This document shows, piece by piece, positions 9,497-18,881 of a stretch of DNA of 64,000 nucleotides. The stretch spans positions 73,597 to 137,596 of the forward strand of contig CAMVGR010000004.1 in assembly GCA_947167075.1 (NCBI GenBank), written 5' to 3'. The stretch is from an uncultured Bacteroidales bacterium. Lineage in GTDB: Bacteria; Bacteroidota; Bacteroidia; Bacteroidales; P3. The stretch's first letter is position 1; each line of letters opens with the position of its first letter. Made by a program: the position numbers and the translations under genes. The notes below the pieces were generated by a model, which was not told the origin of the DNA, made no database searches, and saw nothing but the letters and a program-made list of their open reading frames with translations.

Positions 9497-10708
9497 TTAT
9501 TCTTCAGCTATCTGTTTTGTTTCTTGTTCGTTGCCTATTACCTTATTTGTTATCTTTTTATCTTCACTCTCATGCTTTGCTGTTATGTCTGCAGCTACTG
9601 ATTGTATAATTCCTAATCCAACACCCATAAATATATATGCAGTACCACCGTATGAGATGAATGGAAGTGTTTGCCCTGTTACAGGCAAAACACCTACGGC
9701 GACACTCATGTTTATCAATGCTTGCAGGTAGATTACTGTTCCAAGTCCCATCACGGTAAGAGCACCGAATCGGCCCTTGCATTGCCAAGCTACGCGGATA
9801 CACCTAAAATATAGTATGCTATATAGTAAAAAGACTATGACACCTCCTACCATACCCATTTCCTCTAAAATTGTGGCATATATAAAGTCATTATGAGCCT
9901 GTGTCATTAATCGGGCATGTACAGTGTTCCCTATACCCACACCAAATACCCCTCCGCGTGCGATAGCCATTCGTGCCATGTTCTCCTGCGTTAGTTTATC
10001 AGGTTGTGGATGCAGCCAGTTGTCGATTCGCTCAGCCCAAATGCCACTTCGATGTAATACCTCCCCACCTTCTGCTTGAATTGAAGTGTCATTCCTATTC
10101 AACATTATAAAAATTGCGATTCCGACTACAATAGCCAACCCTCCTGTTACTCTCCACCAGTATTTACGATTCACACCACCGACTAACATCATAAGATAAC
10201 ATACCAAAAAGATGAGGGCTGCCATCGAGAAATTCTCTGGAAGAATCAATACTACCACCCCTAGAATACTGATTAATAGTTGTAGGAATGTGCTTAGTTC
10301 GGATAACCCGTCTTTCTTCTTCAGTGCTAATAATCGTGCAACAAACACTACTAGAACTATTTTTGCAATTTCGGAGGGTTGAAATTGTCCAATGATGGGT
10401 ATCCGGAACCATCGTCCGCCGTTAAGTGCTAGCATGACTGCCAGCAACAGCAATGTAATCCAGTAGCCGAGTACTGCAAAACGAGAGAAGAATCGATAAT
10501 TGACTCGTGACAATAAGATAATTGTTATATAAGTAGCGACTACGATAATAAGATGACGCAGGAAGAGACTAGTCGGGCTTTTTGTTGCAAAGAAAGAGTA
10601 GGCATATAGCCCAATAGAGCTATACACCTCTACTAGGGATACAATACTGAGTAGTAGGAATACGACCCAGATTATCTTGTCACCCTGAAATATCTTTGTC
10701 AATTTCAT
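9497..10708 (-). CDS. ftsW: SEDS-family peptidoglycan polymerase FtsW
   Basis: Polytopic FtsW/RodA/SpoVE-like protein (motifs NDFIYATILEEMG, PFISYGGT), in the expected dcw position. Confidence 0.9.
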   Translation of the reverse strand: MKLTKIFQGDKIIWVVFLLLSIVSLVEVYSSIGLYAYSFFATKSPTSLFLRHLIIVVATYITIILLSRVNYRFFSRFAVLGYWITLLLLAVMLALNGGRWFRIPIIGQFQPSEIAKIVLVVFVARLLALKKKDGLSELSTFLQLLISILGVVVLILPENFSMAALIFLVCYLMMLVGGVNRKYWWRVTGGLAIVVGIAIFIMLNRNDTSIQAEGGEVLHRSGIWAERIDNWLHPQPDKLTQENMARMAIARGGVFGVGIGNTVHARLMTQAHNDFIYATILEEMGMVGGVIVFLLYSILYFRCIRVAWQCKGRFGALTVMGLGTVIYLQALINMSVAVGVLPVTGQTLPFISYGGTAYIFMGVGLGIIQSVAADITAKHESEDKKITNKVIGNEQETKQIAEE

Positions 10709-11247
10709 AATTCATTTACTTCACGACGGAATTTTTCACCTAGTTGATAGGTAGGAAAGCCATTGTAGCATGCAGGAGAATACACCACTTTAACTTCATC
10801 CACCGACTCATACTGATAGGCCATTTGTAGAGCATCTCCCATTGTTTCACAGCATTCGATTGTGGGTATGATGCCACGGAATGTGTGGTGCATCAAGTCT
10901 TCGCCGCTGCCAACAACAAGTAGCATTCTAACCTTGCGTAATGCAGGTGGCACTAATCGGCTATAGTCTCCTGGCATTTCGCAAGCATCGACAATCCAAA
11001 TGATTCCACCCTGTAGAGTCTCAAGTGTATACCATGTGGAATTGATGGTTCGAGCAGCAGCATCATTAATGTATTCTCTGCCACGGATTCTAGCTGTAAA
11101 TTCAAGACGATATTTGGTATCTTCTAGATGATTGAAGCAAGAACGTAGCCCCTCATTACGCATCGATTTTAGCCGTTGTACATCAATGCCTGCTAAACCG
11201 GTGTGGATCCTGTCACGGCCCTGTGTGGCCAAGGTTTCAATAGTCAT
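10705..11247 (-). CDS. Stand-alone MurD C-terminal-domain-like protein (180 aa) in the murD slot
   Basis: By eye it aligns only to roughly the last 40 percent of MurD. YINDAAARTINSTWYTLETL corresponds to WINDSKATNVGSTEAAL, and VVYSPACYNGFPTYQLGEKFRREV corresponds to [23 protein letters not shown]. There is no N-terminal Rossmann domain and no P-loop domain. Only 36 nt, with in-frame stops, separate it from mraY. Its stop and the ftsW start form an ATGA overlap. Confidence 0.7.
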   Translation of the reverse strand: MTIETLATQGRDRIHTGLAGIDVQRLKSMRNEGLRSCFNHLEDTKYRLEFTARIRGREYINDAAARTINSTWYTLETLQGGIIWIVDACEMPGDYSRLVPPALRKVRMLLVVGSGEDLMHHTFRGIIPTIECCETMGDALQMAYQYESVDEVKVVYSPACYNGFPTYQLGEKFRREVNEL

Positions 11248-11283
11248 ATTATTGATGATATGTTGTTAAATTATTATTTCTAA

Positions 11284-12462
11284 TTATCTTAATTTCAGTG
11301 TTGATAGAGTGAAGATGGCGAGCAGGATAGCAATGATAATAAATCTCATTACCACCTTTTCTTCAGCTATCCCCTTTTTCTGGTAATGATGATGTAATGG
11401 GGACATCAGAAATGGCCTCTTTTCTATCGGAACTATTACTCCGTTCGGCAAGTGATGTTTACGACGATACCTTTTACAGGCAGTAGTCTGGATAATCACA
11501 GATAGATCCTCTACTAGATATATGCCACACAGAATGGGTAATAATAGTTCTTTTCGAATCAAGATGGCAAACACGGCGATGATACCTCCAATCGCCAGTG
11601 ATCCAGTGTCACCCATAAAGATCTCGGCTGGGTGAGTGTTGAACCATAGGAAACCAAGGGTTGCACCAACAAATGCTGTACTGAAGATGGCAAGTTCTCC
11701 TATGTTGGGTAGGTACATGATGTTCAAGTAGCCTGCCATGATGATATTGCCGCTGACCCATGCAAGTAGAGCTAATGCACCACCATTAACTGCAGCTACT
11801 CCTGTGGCAATTCCATCAATGCCGTCTGTTAAGTTCGATGCATTGCTCACCGCAGTGACAATCAGAACTATGACTGCCACGAACAATATCCATGCATATT
11901 TTTCAGCCCAGGGTCCCATCCAACTCACCAACCATGTATAGTCGAATTCATTGTTTTTTACAAATGGAATGGTGGTTTTTAAAGGAGATGGTATGTCGGG
12001 ATGGAATGTCAATAGAATACCTACAGCTAGTCCTAGTATCACCTGTCCCAATACTTTGTATTTCCCTGGCAGTCCAGCTTTGCTACGTGTCTTCTTAAGG
12101 TAGTCGTCCAAGAAACCAAGTAGGCCGAGCCATACTGTTGTGGCAAGCATAATCTGTATATATATGTTGTCCAATTTTGCAAACAGCAATGTTGGTACTA
12201 TTATGGCTGTTAAAATGAGTAGGCCACCCATTGTCGGTGTTTGGGCTTTCCGTGCAGCTCCTTCAAGCCCCAGCTCTGTTCGTACCTCGTCCATCACACC
12301 CAATTTGTTCTGCATCCAGCGAATGAAGGGTCGTCCCAGCAGGAGCATTATAAGCAGTGATGTCACCATACTGGCTGCTGACCTAAAGCTGATGTATTGA
12401 AACACGCCAGCCCCGGGCAAATTCATTGTTTTATCAAACCAGTCAAATAGATAATATAGCAT
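11284..12462 (-). CDS. mraY: Phospho-N-acetylmuramoyl-pentapeptide transferase MraY
   Basis: Polytopic protein with MraY motifs (NLTDGIDGIA, FMGDTGSLAIGG, PLHHH), in the expected dcw position. Confidence 0.93.
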   Translation of the reverse strand: MLYYLFDWFDKTMNLPGAGVFQYISFRSAASMVTSLLIMLLLGRPFIRWMQNKLGVMDEVRTELGLEGAARKAQTPTMGGLLILTAIIVPTLLFAKLDNIYIQIMLATTVWLGLLGFLDDYLKKTRSKAGLPGKYKVLGQVILGLAVGILLTFHPDIPSPLKTTIPFVKNNEFDYTWLVSWMGPWAEKYAWILFVAVIVLIVTAVSNASNLTDGIDGIATGVAAVNGGALALLAWVSGNIIMAGYLNIMYLPNIGELAIFSTAFVGATLGFLWFNTHPAEIFMGDTGSLAIGGIIAVFAILIRKELLLPILCGIYLVEDLSVIIQTTACKRYRRKHHLPNGVIVPIEKRPFLMSPLHHHYQKKGIAEEKVVMRFIIIAILLAIFTLSTLKLR

Positions 12463-12490
12463 TCCAATCCTCCTTTTGTTGTCTTGAGTT

Positions 12491-13942
12491 TTATTGTTTT
12501 TCGTTCAAAATCTTTCTCAACTCTTCTACATCGTCGAAGTGTGACCTTACTCCATTCACCTCTTGATAGGTTTCATGCCCTTTTCCTGCCACTAGAATGA
12601 TGTCTCCTTCGCGTGCCATCAATACAGCTGTACGGATAGCTTGATGCCGATCGGTGATTCGAACTACGTGCGACAGTTGCTGCGGTGTTAGTCCGGCCTC
12701 CATTTCATCCAATATCGATTCGGGTTTCTCAGTGCGTGGATTGTCGGATGTGAGTACGACTTTGTCGCTTCCCTCTACCGCTATTTGTGCCATCTCCGGA
12801 CGCTTGCTACGGTCGCGGTCACCTCCGCATCCAACCACTGTGATGAGTTGCTGTTGGGGACGTCGTATCTCGTCGATGGTTCCGATCACGTTCTGCAGAG
12901 CATCAGGGGTATGAGCATAGTCCACAATGGCTGTGATTGTCTTGCCTTGTACATACTGGAATCGACCAGGAGCAGGCTCTAGGTTACTTAAAATTTTGAG
13001 TACATTTTGTTTTTCTATGCCACATAGTACGGCGGCTCCATAGATGGCGGTCAGATTGTATGCGTTGAACCGCCCTACCAGTCTGCACCACAATTCTTGA
13101 CCATCCAGCTCCATGTGCATTCCGTCGAATGAATCTTCTATCACGCGGCAGTGGAAATCGGCTGTATGTTGCAGTGCATAAGTATATGTCTTGGCACGGC
13201 TGTTTTGCACCATTATGCGACCATTCCTGTCGTCTATATTGGTCAATGCCCATGCTTCTTTTGGTAAGCTGTTGAAGAAACCTTGTTTGGCAGCAATGTA
13301 TGCAGCCATTGTCTTGTGGAAATCCAAGTGGTCATGTGTGATGTTGCTGAAGATACCTCCTGCAAATGTAAGCCCGCTGATGCGATGCTGAACCACGGCG
13401 TGGCTGCTTACCTCCATGAATGCGTATCGACAACCTGCATCCACCATCTGTCGCAGCAGTTGGTTGAGTTCCAACGCATCAGGTGTGGTATGGCTGGTGG
13501 ATATTTCTTTCTCGTCTATTTTGTTGACGATAGTAGACACCAATCCTGTATGGAAGCCCAGTTCGCGGAACATGTGATGGAGTAGGGTGACAGTGGTCGT
13601 TTTGCCATTGGTGCCCGTAATGCCCACCAGCTTTAGTTGTTTTGACGGATGTTCATAGTAGTTGTCGGCAGCCATTCCCAGTGCCTCACTGCTGTCATTG
13701 ACGATCACGTACGTAACTCCGGCGACTGGCTCCACTGGCTCCTTCTCGCACATTATCGCTGTGGCCCCTGCTTCGATGGCTTTGGGAATAAATGTGTGCC
13801 CATCTACCTTGGTGCCACGTTGTGCCACAAAGAACGTGTCTTGCTTCACCTTACGCGAGTCGAACTGGATGTCGGCCACTTCGGTTTCTACACTTCCTAT
13901 TATCTTAGCATCGATGCCTTTTAATATATTCTTTAATTCCAT
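12491..13942 (-). CDS. murE: UDP-N-acetylmuramoyl-L-alanyl-D-glutamate--2,6-diaminopimelate ligase MurE
   Basis: Mur ligase P-loop (GITGTNGKTTT) and a DNPR motif (LTSDNPRTE), in the expected dcw position. Confidence 0.92.
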   Translation of the reverse strand: MELKNILKGIDAKIIGSVETEVADIQFDSRKVKQDTFFVAQRGTKVDGHTFIPKAIEAGATAIMCEKEPVEPVAGVTYVIVNDSSEALGMAADNYYEHPSKQLKLVGITGTNGKTTTVTLLHHMFRELGFHTGLVSTIVNKIDEKEISTSHTTPDALELNQLLRQMVDAGCRYAFMEVSSHAVVQHRISGLTFAGGIFSNITHDHLDFHKTMAAYIAAKQGFFNSLPKEAWALTNIDDRNGRIMVQNSRAKTYTYALQHTADFHCRVIEDSFDGMHMELDGQELWCRLVGRFNAYNLTAIYGAAVLCGIEKQNVLKILSNLEPAPGRFQYVQGKTITAIVDYAHTPDALQNVIGTIDEIRRPQQQLITVVGCGGDRDRSKRPEMAQIAVEGSDKVVLTSDNPRTEKPESILDEMEAGLTPQQLSHVVRITDRHQAIRTAVLMAREGDIILVAGKGHETYQEVNGVRSHFDDVEELRKILNEKQ

Positions 13943-13948
13943 GACAAT

Positions 13949-16228
13949 CTAGTGTTTAAGAGTGAGTACTACCCTCGATCCTTTTTTTGCTTTGGCCCCT
14001 GGTGCAGGTACTTGATTAAGCACTTTCCCATAGCCCTCCACACGGACACGATACCCCTGCGTGTGCAGCAACTCTACTGCGTCTTTTGCTGTCATCCCGT
14101 TGCAGTTTGGAACCACTCCCGCCGTTGGTATATATGGATAGTATTGTCCCACAGTGCTGGTCGAATCCTTCTTGTATACCACCCAGTGGGCGGACGAGTC
14201 GGCACTGTAGAATGGCTGTCGGAGCAGTTTGTACAGCCGCCGCATCTCGCTTTGGTCACCCCTTGCCACCACCGGACGTTGGTTTGCCTTCATGCTGTCC
14301 GCCTCCAGTTTAGGCCATACAGACTTCACGGCTCCATCGCTCAATCGTTTGTCTACGGCAACTACGCAGTCGGATATGTTCTTGAATACCTCTGCTGCTT
14401 GCCGTCCATAGAAAGGGATACGTTCCAACACCACCAAACAGGTGTAGCGGGGATTTTCCGATGGGAAGAATCCAGCAAACGAAGCGTTGTAGACATTTTT
14501 GCTGGCATAGTTGTGTACAGCCGTACCTGTCTTGCCTGCAATACCGTAGGTGTTGTTTTTGATATTATTGCCGGTGCCATTTTCCACCACCCCCTCGAGC
14601 ATCGTACGCATCATACGTGCACTCTCGCGGCTACACATGCGTGGGTTGAGAACAATAGGCTTGTTTTCTACTAATCGGTCACCATCCATCACCCCTTTGC
14701 AGAATATCGGCTTCACCATTCGCCCTTCGGCGGCTAGACCGTTGTAAAAGGTGAGCACCTGCAGCGGCGAAACCCATGTGGAGTAGCCATAGCAGAAGTT
14801 TAGGAAGTCGCGCTTCGAAGCGTGTAGGTTGTTGATGCGTGAGTTGTATTCGCGGGCTTTTACGTCGGGATTCAGTTTCTGGTATGGGAACATCTTCTCG
14901 ACAAGCATTCTCAGTGTGTCGCGTCGGTCGGCATAGAAATCCCACCCCAGATCGCTCATACCCGTATTCGACGACTGTTCGATAATCTCCCTCACATTGA
15001 GCGAGTCGCGCAGCCGCCCCTCCTCATCCCTAATCTGGTGATCGTCCTTAATAACACCGTATTTCCCCCCAAAGTCCTTCGAGCCGGCACGGTACATTTT
15101 CGCAGTGTCGATTTTGATGGAGGGGTCGTTGAGCATGGCTGTCAGTATGACTGTTTTGAAGGTGGAGCCTGGCTCGTACATATCGCTTACTGCCACATTT
15201 CTGTCGCGCACCTCCAGATAGTCGTGTGCCGAAGTGTCGATGGCTAGGTTGGCACAAGCTAGGATGTATCCCGTCTGCATTTCCATTAGTATGGCACACC
15301 CCGCCTCTCCGCCATATCGACGCAGGGCGTTGCGTAGCGAGCTTTCGGCTATGTCTTGGTAGCGTGTGTCGATGGTGCTCACTATGCTCCGTCCGTCCAC
15401 TTTCTCTTGCAGCATTATGGTATCTACCCGATCCATATCGGTGCGTACGGGCACTTCCCGTCGCCCGTGTTGCTCGTCGTCAAGCCAGATGCTCTTGGTG
15501 AGGCGTCGACAGCGCAGTTTTCCATCCTGCCCACGTAGCAGGCTGTCGTATGCACCCTCCAGCCCTGTGTAGGTAGAGCTTTCGCGACGGTTCTGGAATC
15601 CAATGGTGTTCTTGGCCATGTTGCCATAGATATGAGCACGCTCCTGGCGGATGACGCTTTGGCCATTCACCTGTCTCACCACTCCGCGTTTCCATCCAGG
15701 CAGGTGGGTAATCTGGAGCCAAACGCTGTAGGGGACATGCCGCTCCACTAGGAAGCAGCGGCGTGGTTTCTCCTTGGCCCGCTCAGACACTATCCGGTCG
15801 TGGTAGTAAGAGGCCGTGCGGTTTGGCATCGCCTCGGCAAGCATCACACATAGGCTATCTATATATAATGTAAAGTTACTATCTATTATAGGCCCGCTCT
15901 CGATGGCCCGCCCAGCCTTGTCGTATTTGGGGTGGCCGTGTTCGTCGAGTACTACGGTGTCCATCAGGTCGAGGTAGAGGTCGCATTCGGTCACATTGGT
16001 TGCCAATATCTTGCCATCGCTCGAGTAGATATTGCCGCGCCGTGCGGGATCGCTACGCACATCGTCCACACGTCTCTCCCCGCGGGCACGCCATTCGTCG
16101 CCATGCACCCATTGTATGTTGATGATGCCGCCCACGATGGCTGCACCCACCCCGAGTGTGAGTATCAGGTAGAGTGCGGTCATGCCGCGGGTCATGCGTC
16201 GGTCTTCGTTATGTTCGTCTTTCTTCAT
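13949..16228 (-). CDS. ftsI: Division-specific class B penicillin-binding protein (FtsI/PBP3-like) with a C-terminal PASTA-like domain
   Basis: Transpeptidase motifs STFK (EPGSTFKT), SSN and KTGT (AGKTGTA). I take the start at MKKDEHNEDRR (ATG 16228) before the TM segment. The ORF-track start at 16474 would overlap the ftsL-like gene. Confidence 0.88.
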   Translation of the reverse strand: MKKDEHNEDRRMTRGMTALYLILTLGVGAAIVGGIINIQWVHGDEWRARGERRVDDVRSDPARRGNIYSSDGKILATNVTECDLYLDLMDTVVLDEHGHPKYDKAGRAIESGPIIDSNFTLYIDSLCVMLAEAMPNRTASYYHDRIVSERAKEKPRRCFLVERHVPYSVWLQITHLPGWKRGVVRQVNGQSVIRQERAHIYGNMAKNTIGFQNRRESSTYTGLEGAYDSLLRGQDGKLRCRRLTKSIWLDDEQHGRREVPVRTDMDRVDTIMLQEKVDGRSIVSTIDTRYQDIAESSLRNALRRYGGEAGCAILMEMQTGYILACANLAIDTSAHDYLEVRDRNVAVSDMYEPGSTFKTVILTAMLNDPSIKIDTAKMYRAGSKDFGGKYGVIKDDHQIRDEEGRLRDSLNVREIIEQSSNTGMSDLGWDFYADRRDTLRMLVEKMFPYQKLNPDVKAREYNSRINNLHASKRDFLNFCYGYSTWVSPLQVLTFYNGLAAEGRMVKPIFCKGVMDGDRLVENKPIVLNPRMCSRESARMMRTMLEGVVENGTGNNIKNNTYGIAGKTGTAVHNYASKNVYNASFAGFFPSENPRYTCLVVLERIPFYGRQAAEVFKNISDCVVAVDKRLSDGAVKSVWPKLEADSMKANQRPVVARGDQSEMRRLYKLLRQPFYSADSSAHWVVYKKDSTSTVGQYYPYIPTAGVVPNCNGMTAKDAVELLHTQGYRVRVEGYGKVLNQVPAPGAKAKKGSRVVLTLKH

Positions 16229-16251
16229 CGCTCTTGTCCGTTGCTCCAGTC

Positions 16252-16713
16252 TTATTTCTCTATTTCGTACGGCGGGCCGCTCGTTATGCCTACTCCTGTC
16301 TCGCGAAGGTCCTCTGCTATTTGCGAGATTTTGACAGATTGCTGATACTGCTTCTGCATCTGTATGCGATGCTCTCGCAGATAGTTGATTCGCTCCTCGG
16401 TGGCAGCCTTTTCGCGGCTGAGGCTTTCCACCTTGTAGCGGTTGCCCACTATCAGCAGCAGATAGATGAGGCATAGTAGCACCAGCGGAATCTGTTTCAG
16501 AACCATCCTGTCGGCCAGCACGTCGCCGCCTAGCACCTTGCCCAATCCTCGGGCTGTCTGGCTTCCCTTGCTGTGTCGGTGCGGTTTATTCTCGTCCACC
16601 ATTGTCTGAGGCTCTTCCACATCGACGGGCGCGGCAGTCGCCGACGGAGTCTCCTCCTTCCGGGGTTCTTCCAGTCCTTCTTCCACTATTTTCTCTCTGA
16701 ATCTGTTGCCCAT
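16252..16713 (-). CDS. FtsL-like small bitopic division protein
   Basis: 153 aa with a single TM segment (IPLVLLCLIYLLLIVG) followed by a coiled-coil-like region. Its position between rsmH and ftsI matches ftsL. Confidence 0.65.
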   Translation of the reverse strand: MGNRFREKIVEEGLEEPRKEETPSATAAPVDVEEPQTMVDENKPHRHSKGSQTARGLGKVLGGDVLADRMVLKQIPLVLLCLIYLLLIVGNRYKVESLSREKAATEERINYLREHRIQMQKQYQQSVKISQIAEDLRETGVGITSGPPYEIEK

Positions 16714-16759
16714 GGTGTTTTTATGCTTACTTATTGTTGTTTTGTTTCCAATCTTGTAC

Positions 16760-17707
16760 CTACCTGTCGTTGCTGTCCGGTTTCGTTGCGGCTGTTGCTA
16801 TCCGCTCTGCCACCCGCAGTCTTGCGCTGCGGGCCCTGCTGTTGGATTCCACCTCGCTGTCCGAGGCTTGTTTCTTGGCTATTTGACGCAGGGGCGACAG
16901 CGGATTGCCATAGAAGTCTTTCTCCACCTCTCCGTCGAAGTTGCCGGCTCGCATGTAGTTCTTCACCAGCCTATCCTCGAGCGAGTGATAGCTGATCACT
17001 ACCAGTCGTCCGCCTTCGCGAAGTATCTGTGTGGCTTGTTGCAACATGTCGCGCAGGGCCTCCAACTCGCCGTTCACCTCGATGCGCAATGCCTGAAAGA
17101 GCATGGCCAGGTATTTGTTCTCCGCCCCACGAGGCAGATGGCGCTGCACCGCTGCACGCAGGTCGCCAGTGGTGACCAACTCCTCCCGCGTGCGGGCTTG
17201 CACTATGGCGTGGGCCATTTGGCGGGCGTTGGGTAGCTCTCCGTATAGCCGGAGCAGGCGGACCATGTCGTTTTCCTCCATGCTGTTCACCAGCTCGCGA
17301 GCTGATGTGGGAGCATGACGGTCCATCCGCATATCCAACTCGCCGTCCAGCCGAGTGGAGAATCCACGTTCGGCGGTGTCGAACTGATGGCTGCTTACAC
17401 CGAGGTCGGCCAGCAGGCCGTCCACGTGGTGCACTCCCTGCAGCCGCAGAAAAGCTTTCAAGTGGCGGAAGTTCTCCCCAATCAGTGTAAATCGTGGGTC
17501 GTCGATGGCGTTGCGCTGTGCATCCTCGTCCTGATCGAAGGCTATCAGTCGCCCCTCTGGGTTCAACCGTTCGAGAATGGCACGCGAGTGGCCGCCGCCA
17601 CCGAAGGTGACATCGACATAGATGCCCGACGGATTGATATTCAGCCCGTCCAGCACCTCGGTGAGCATCACCGGTACGTGATAACTATTCTCACTGCTTG
17701 CTGTCAT
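16760..17707 (-). CDS. rsmH: 16S rRNA (cytosine1402-N4)-methyltransferase RsmH (MraW)
   Basis: YHVPVMLTEVL and DVTFGGGGHS motifs. I chose the start at MTASSENSYHVPVML (ATG 17707). It is the second gene of the dcw cluster. Confidence 0.92.
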   Translation of the reverse strand: MTASSENSYHVPVMLTEVLDGLNINPSGIYVDVTFGGGGHSRAILERLNPEGRLIAFDQDEDAQRNAIDDPRFTLIGENFRHLKAFLRLQGVHHVDGLLADLGVSSHQFDTAERGFSTRLDGELDMRMDRHAPTSARELVNSMEENDMVRLLRLYGELPNARQMAHAIVQARTREELVTTGDLRAAVQRHLPRGAENKYLAMLFQALRIEVNGELEALRDMLQQATQILREGGRLVVISYHSLEDRLVKNYMRAGNFDGEVEKDFYGNPLSPLRQIAKKQASDSEVESNSRARSARLRVAERIATAATKPDSNDR

Positions 17708-18158
17708 CGTCGACCGACATTGAGCCCAGCAGCTGTTCTGCACGTTGTGCATAGTCGCCGCCAGTCTGGTTCATCTTGTCGTAGGCCTGACGATCCCATA
17801 GCTCGATGAACTTGCCAGTCGATTGCAGTACCAGCTCTTTTGCCTTCGCTACCGTTGCCTTTTGCTCTGCCGGTATCAGCAAGCGATCGTTCGAATCGAG
17901 TTCGATGATGTTGCCCTCGGTCAGTTTGCGTAGCAAATCGCGATCCTCGCGACGGTAGGGGTTGAGCCGCTCTTGGAGTTTCTCCACTTCTTCCCTGAAA
18001 CTGGCATAGGTCCACAGCTCCAAACACTCGGCATAGACACTCTGGCGAATCACAAAACGTCCGTCCTCCGTCTCCAGTTGCCTCTTCAGGGCAATTGGAA
18101 ACTTGAACCGACCGTTCGAATCGACCTTACAGTATTCTTTTCCAAGTATTAACGCCAT
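17691..18158 (-). CDS. mraZ: Transcriptional regulator MraZ
   Basis: 155 aa with duplicated SpoVT/AbrB-like halves (DSNGRFKFP ... DSNDRLLIP). It is the first gene of the dcw cluster. Confidence 0.9.
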   Translation of the reverse strand: MALILGKEYCKVDSNGRFKFPIALKRQLETEDGRFVIRQSVYAECLELWTYASFREEVEKLQERLNPYRREDRDLLRKLTEGNIIELDSNDRLLIPAEQKATVAKAKELVLQSTGKFIELWDRQAYDKMNQTGGDYAQRAEQLLGSMSVDDDSKQ

Positions 18159-18606
18159 TTTTGCCTACTATTTTTCTGGGTGTAAAATTACGAAGAAAAA
18201 TCCAATTACTGCCTAAAAATGTTTTTTTTTACCTTTTTTATACAATTTTTGTTGTTCATAACCATAAACGCAGTTTTTAGGAAAAAGTTTCATGCAAATG
18301 AGTAAAAAACGCAATTGTCAAAATAAATACTTTATTATCAAGTATTTACGTGGTGCTCTTTTTGGCCATTTTATTATGATTTATCCCTTGCGGAAACTCC
18401 TGTTGGGTGTTGAAAACTTTTTCTGGGAATTCAGTTCGTCGTATGGTCACCCTTCAGCAATCAGCTCACCTCCCTCAACCATCCCCAACTATTCTCCTTT
18501 CTCCTCCCAATGCACAACCAGTCATTATAAAAAATGAAAGCTGTTGATAATTAGTACGATGCGCACATACGTGTACAGTAAATGGCTGATAAATAGTATC
18601 TTCTAC

Positions 18607-18661
18607 CTACCTGCGCCGTACTTCATCCGTACATGCACCGTACATGCACCGTAGATGAACC
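18607..18661 (-). repeat. 11-bp phased tandem array, copy B (2 perfect GTACATGCACC units on the top strand plus 3 degenerate)
   Basis: Top strand reads CTACCTGCGCC GTACTTCATCC GTACATGCACC GTACATGCACC GTAGATGAACC. This is the reverse complement of copy A's unit order. Confidence 0.95.
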
Positions 18662-18792
18662 GTGATTGCCGTGTGCCGACACGGACCTTTGGCGGAGTAT
18701 CCACCCTGTATATACTTCGGATCCTGCCTTGTGGGGCAACGCAAAGAGTGTCGTCGTTTGAAAAAAAATTTTGTCAGTTTCAAAATTATGTG

Positions 18793-18800
18793 TATTTTTG
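18793..18800 (+). promoter_or_regulatory. -7 promoter box (TATTTTTG) for 18882..20438
   Basis: Matches TAnnTTTG, 82 nt upstream of the ATG at 18882. Confidence 0.55.
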
Positions 18801-18881
18801 CATCGTCGAAGTAATGTCAAAAGTACATCTGCTCGACATAAAAAACATGTTTGTAAACGTATTAACCTAATCCTATACACT

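Noticed and set aside
16229-16474. The upstream ATGs used by the ORF track for ftsI (16474), ftsA (6247), rsmH (17752), tadA (44741), the T9SS cargo gene (18771), the acyltransferase (27897), the lipoprotein (43151), the NlpC/P60 gene (52764) and the TPR-like gene (31911)
   Set aside because: These extensions overlap the preceding gene or lie upstream of the predicted promoter box, and they encode non-conserved sequence. Downstream ATGs give canonical N-termini or signal peptides, often with ATGA stop/start coupling.
18292-18537. An 81-codon ORF in the AT-rich region upstream of mraZ; likewise 49977..50204, 34025..34249, 26875..27081, 54234..54452 and 61963..62265
   Set aside because: They have no promoter box in a suitable position and an odd amino-acid composition, and they sit in intergenic regulatory regions. 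They are more likely chance ORFs. I also hand-read a roughly 55-codon ORF starting at ATG 54270 that runs antisense through tRNA-Val, and I reject it for the same reason.
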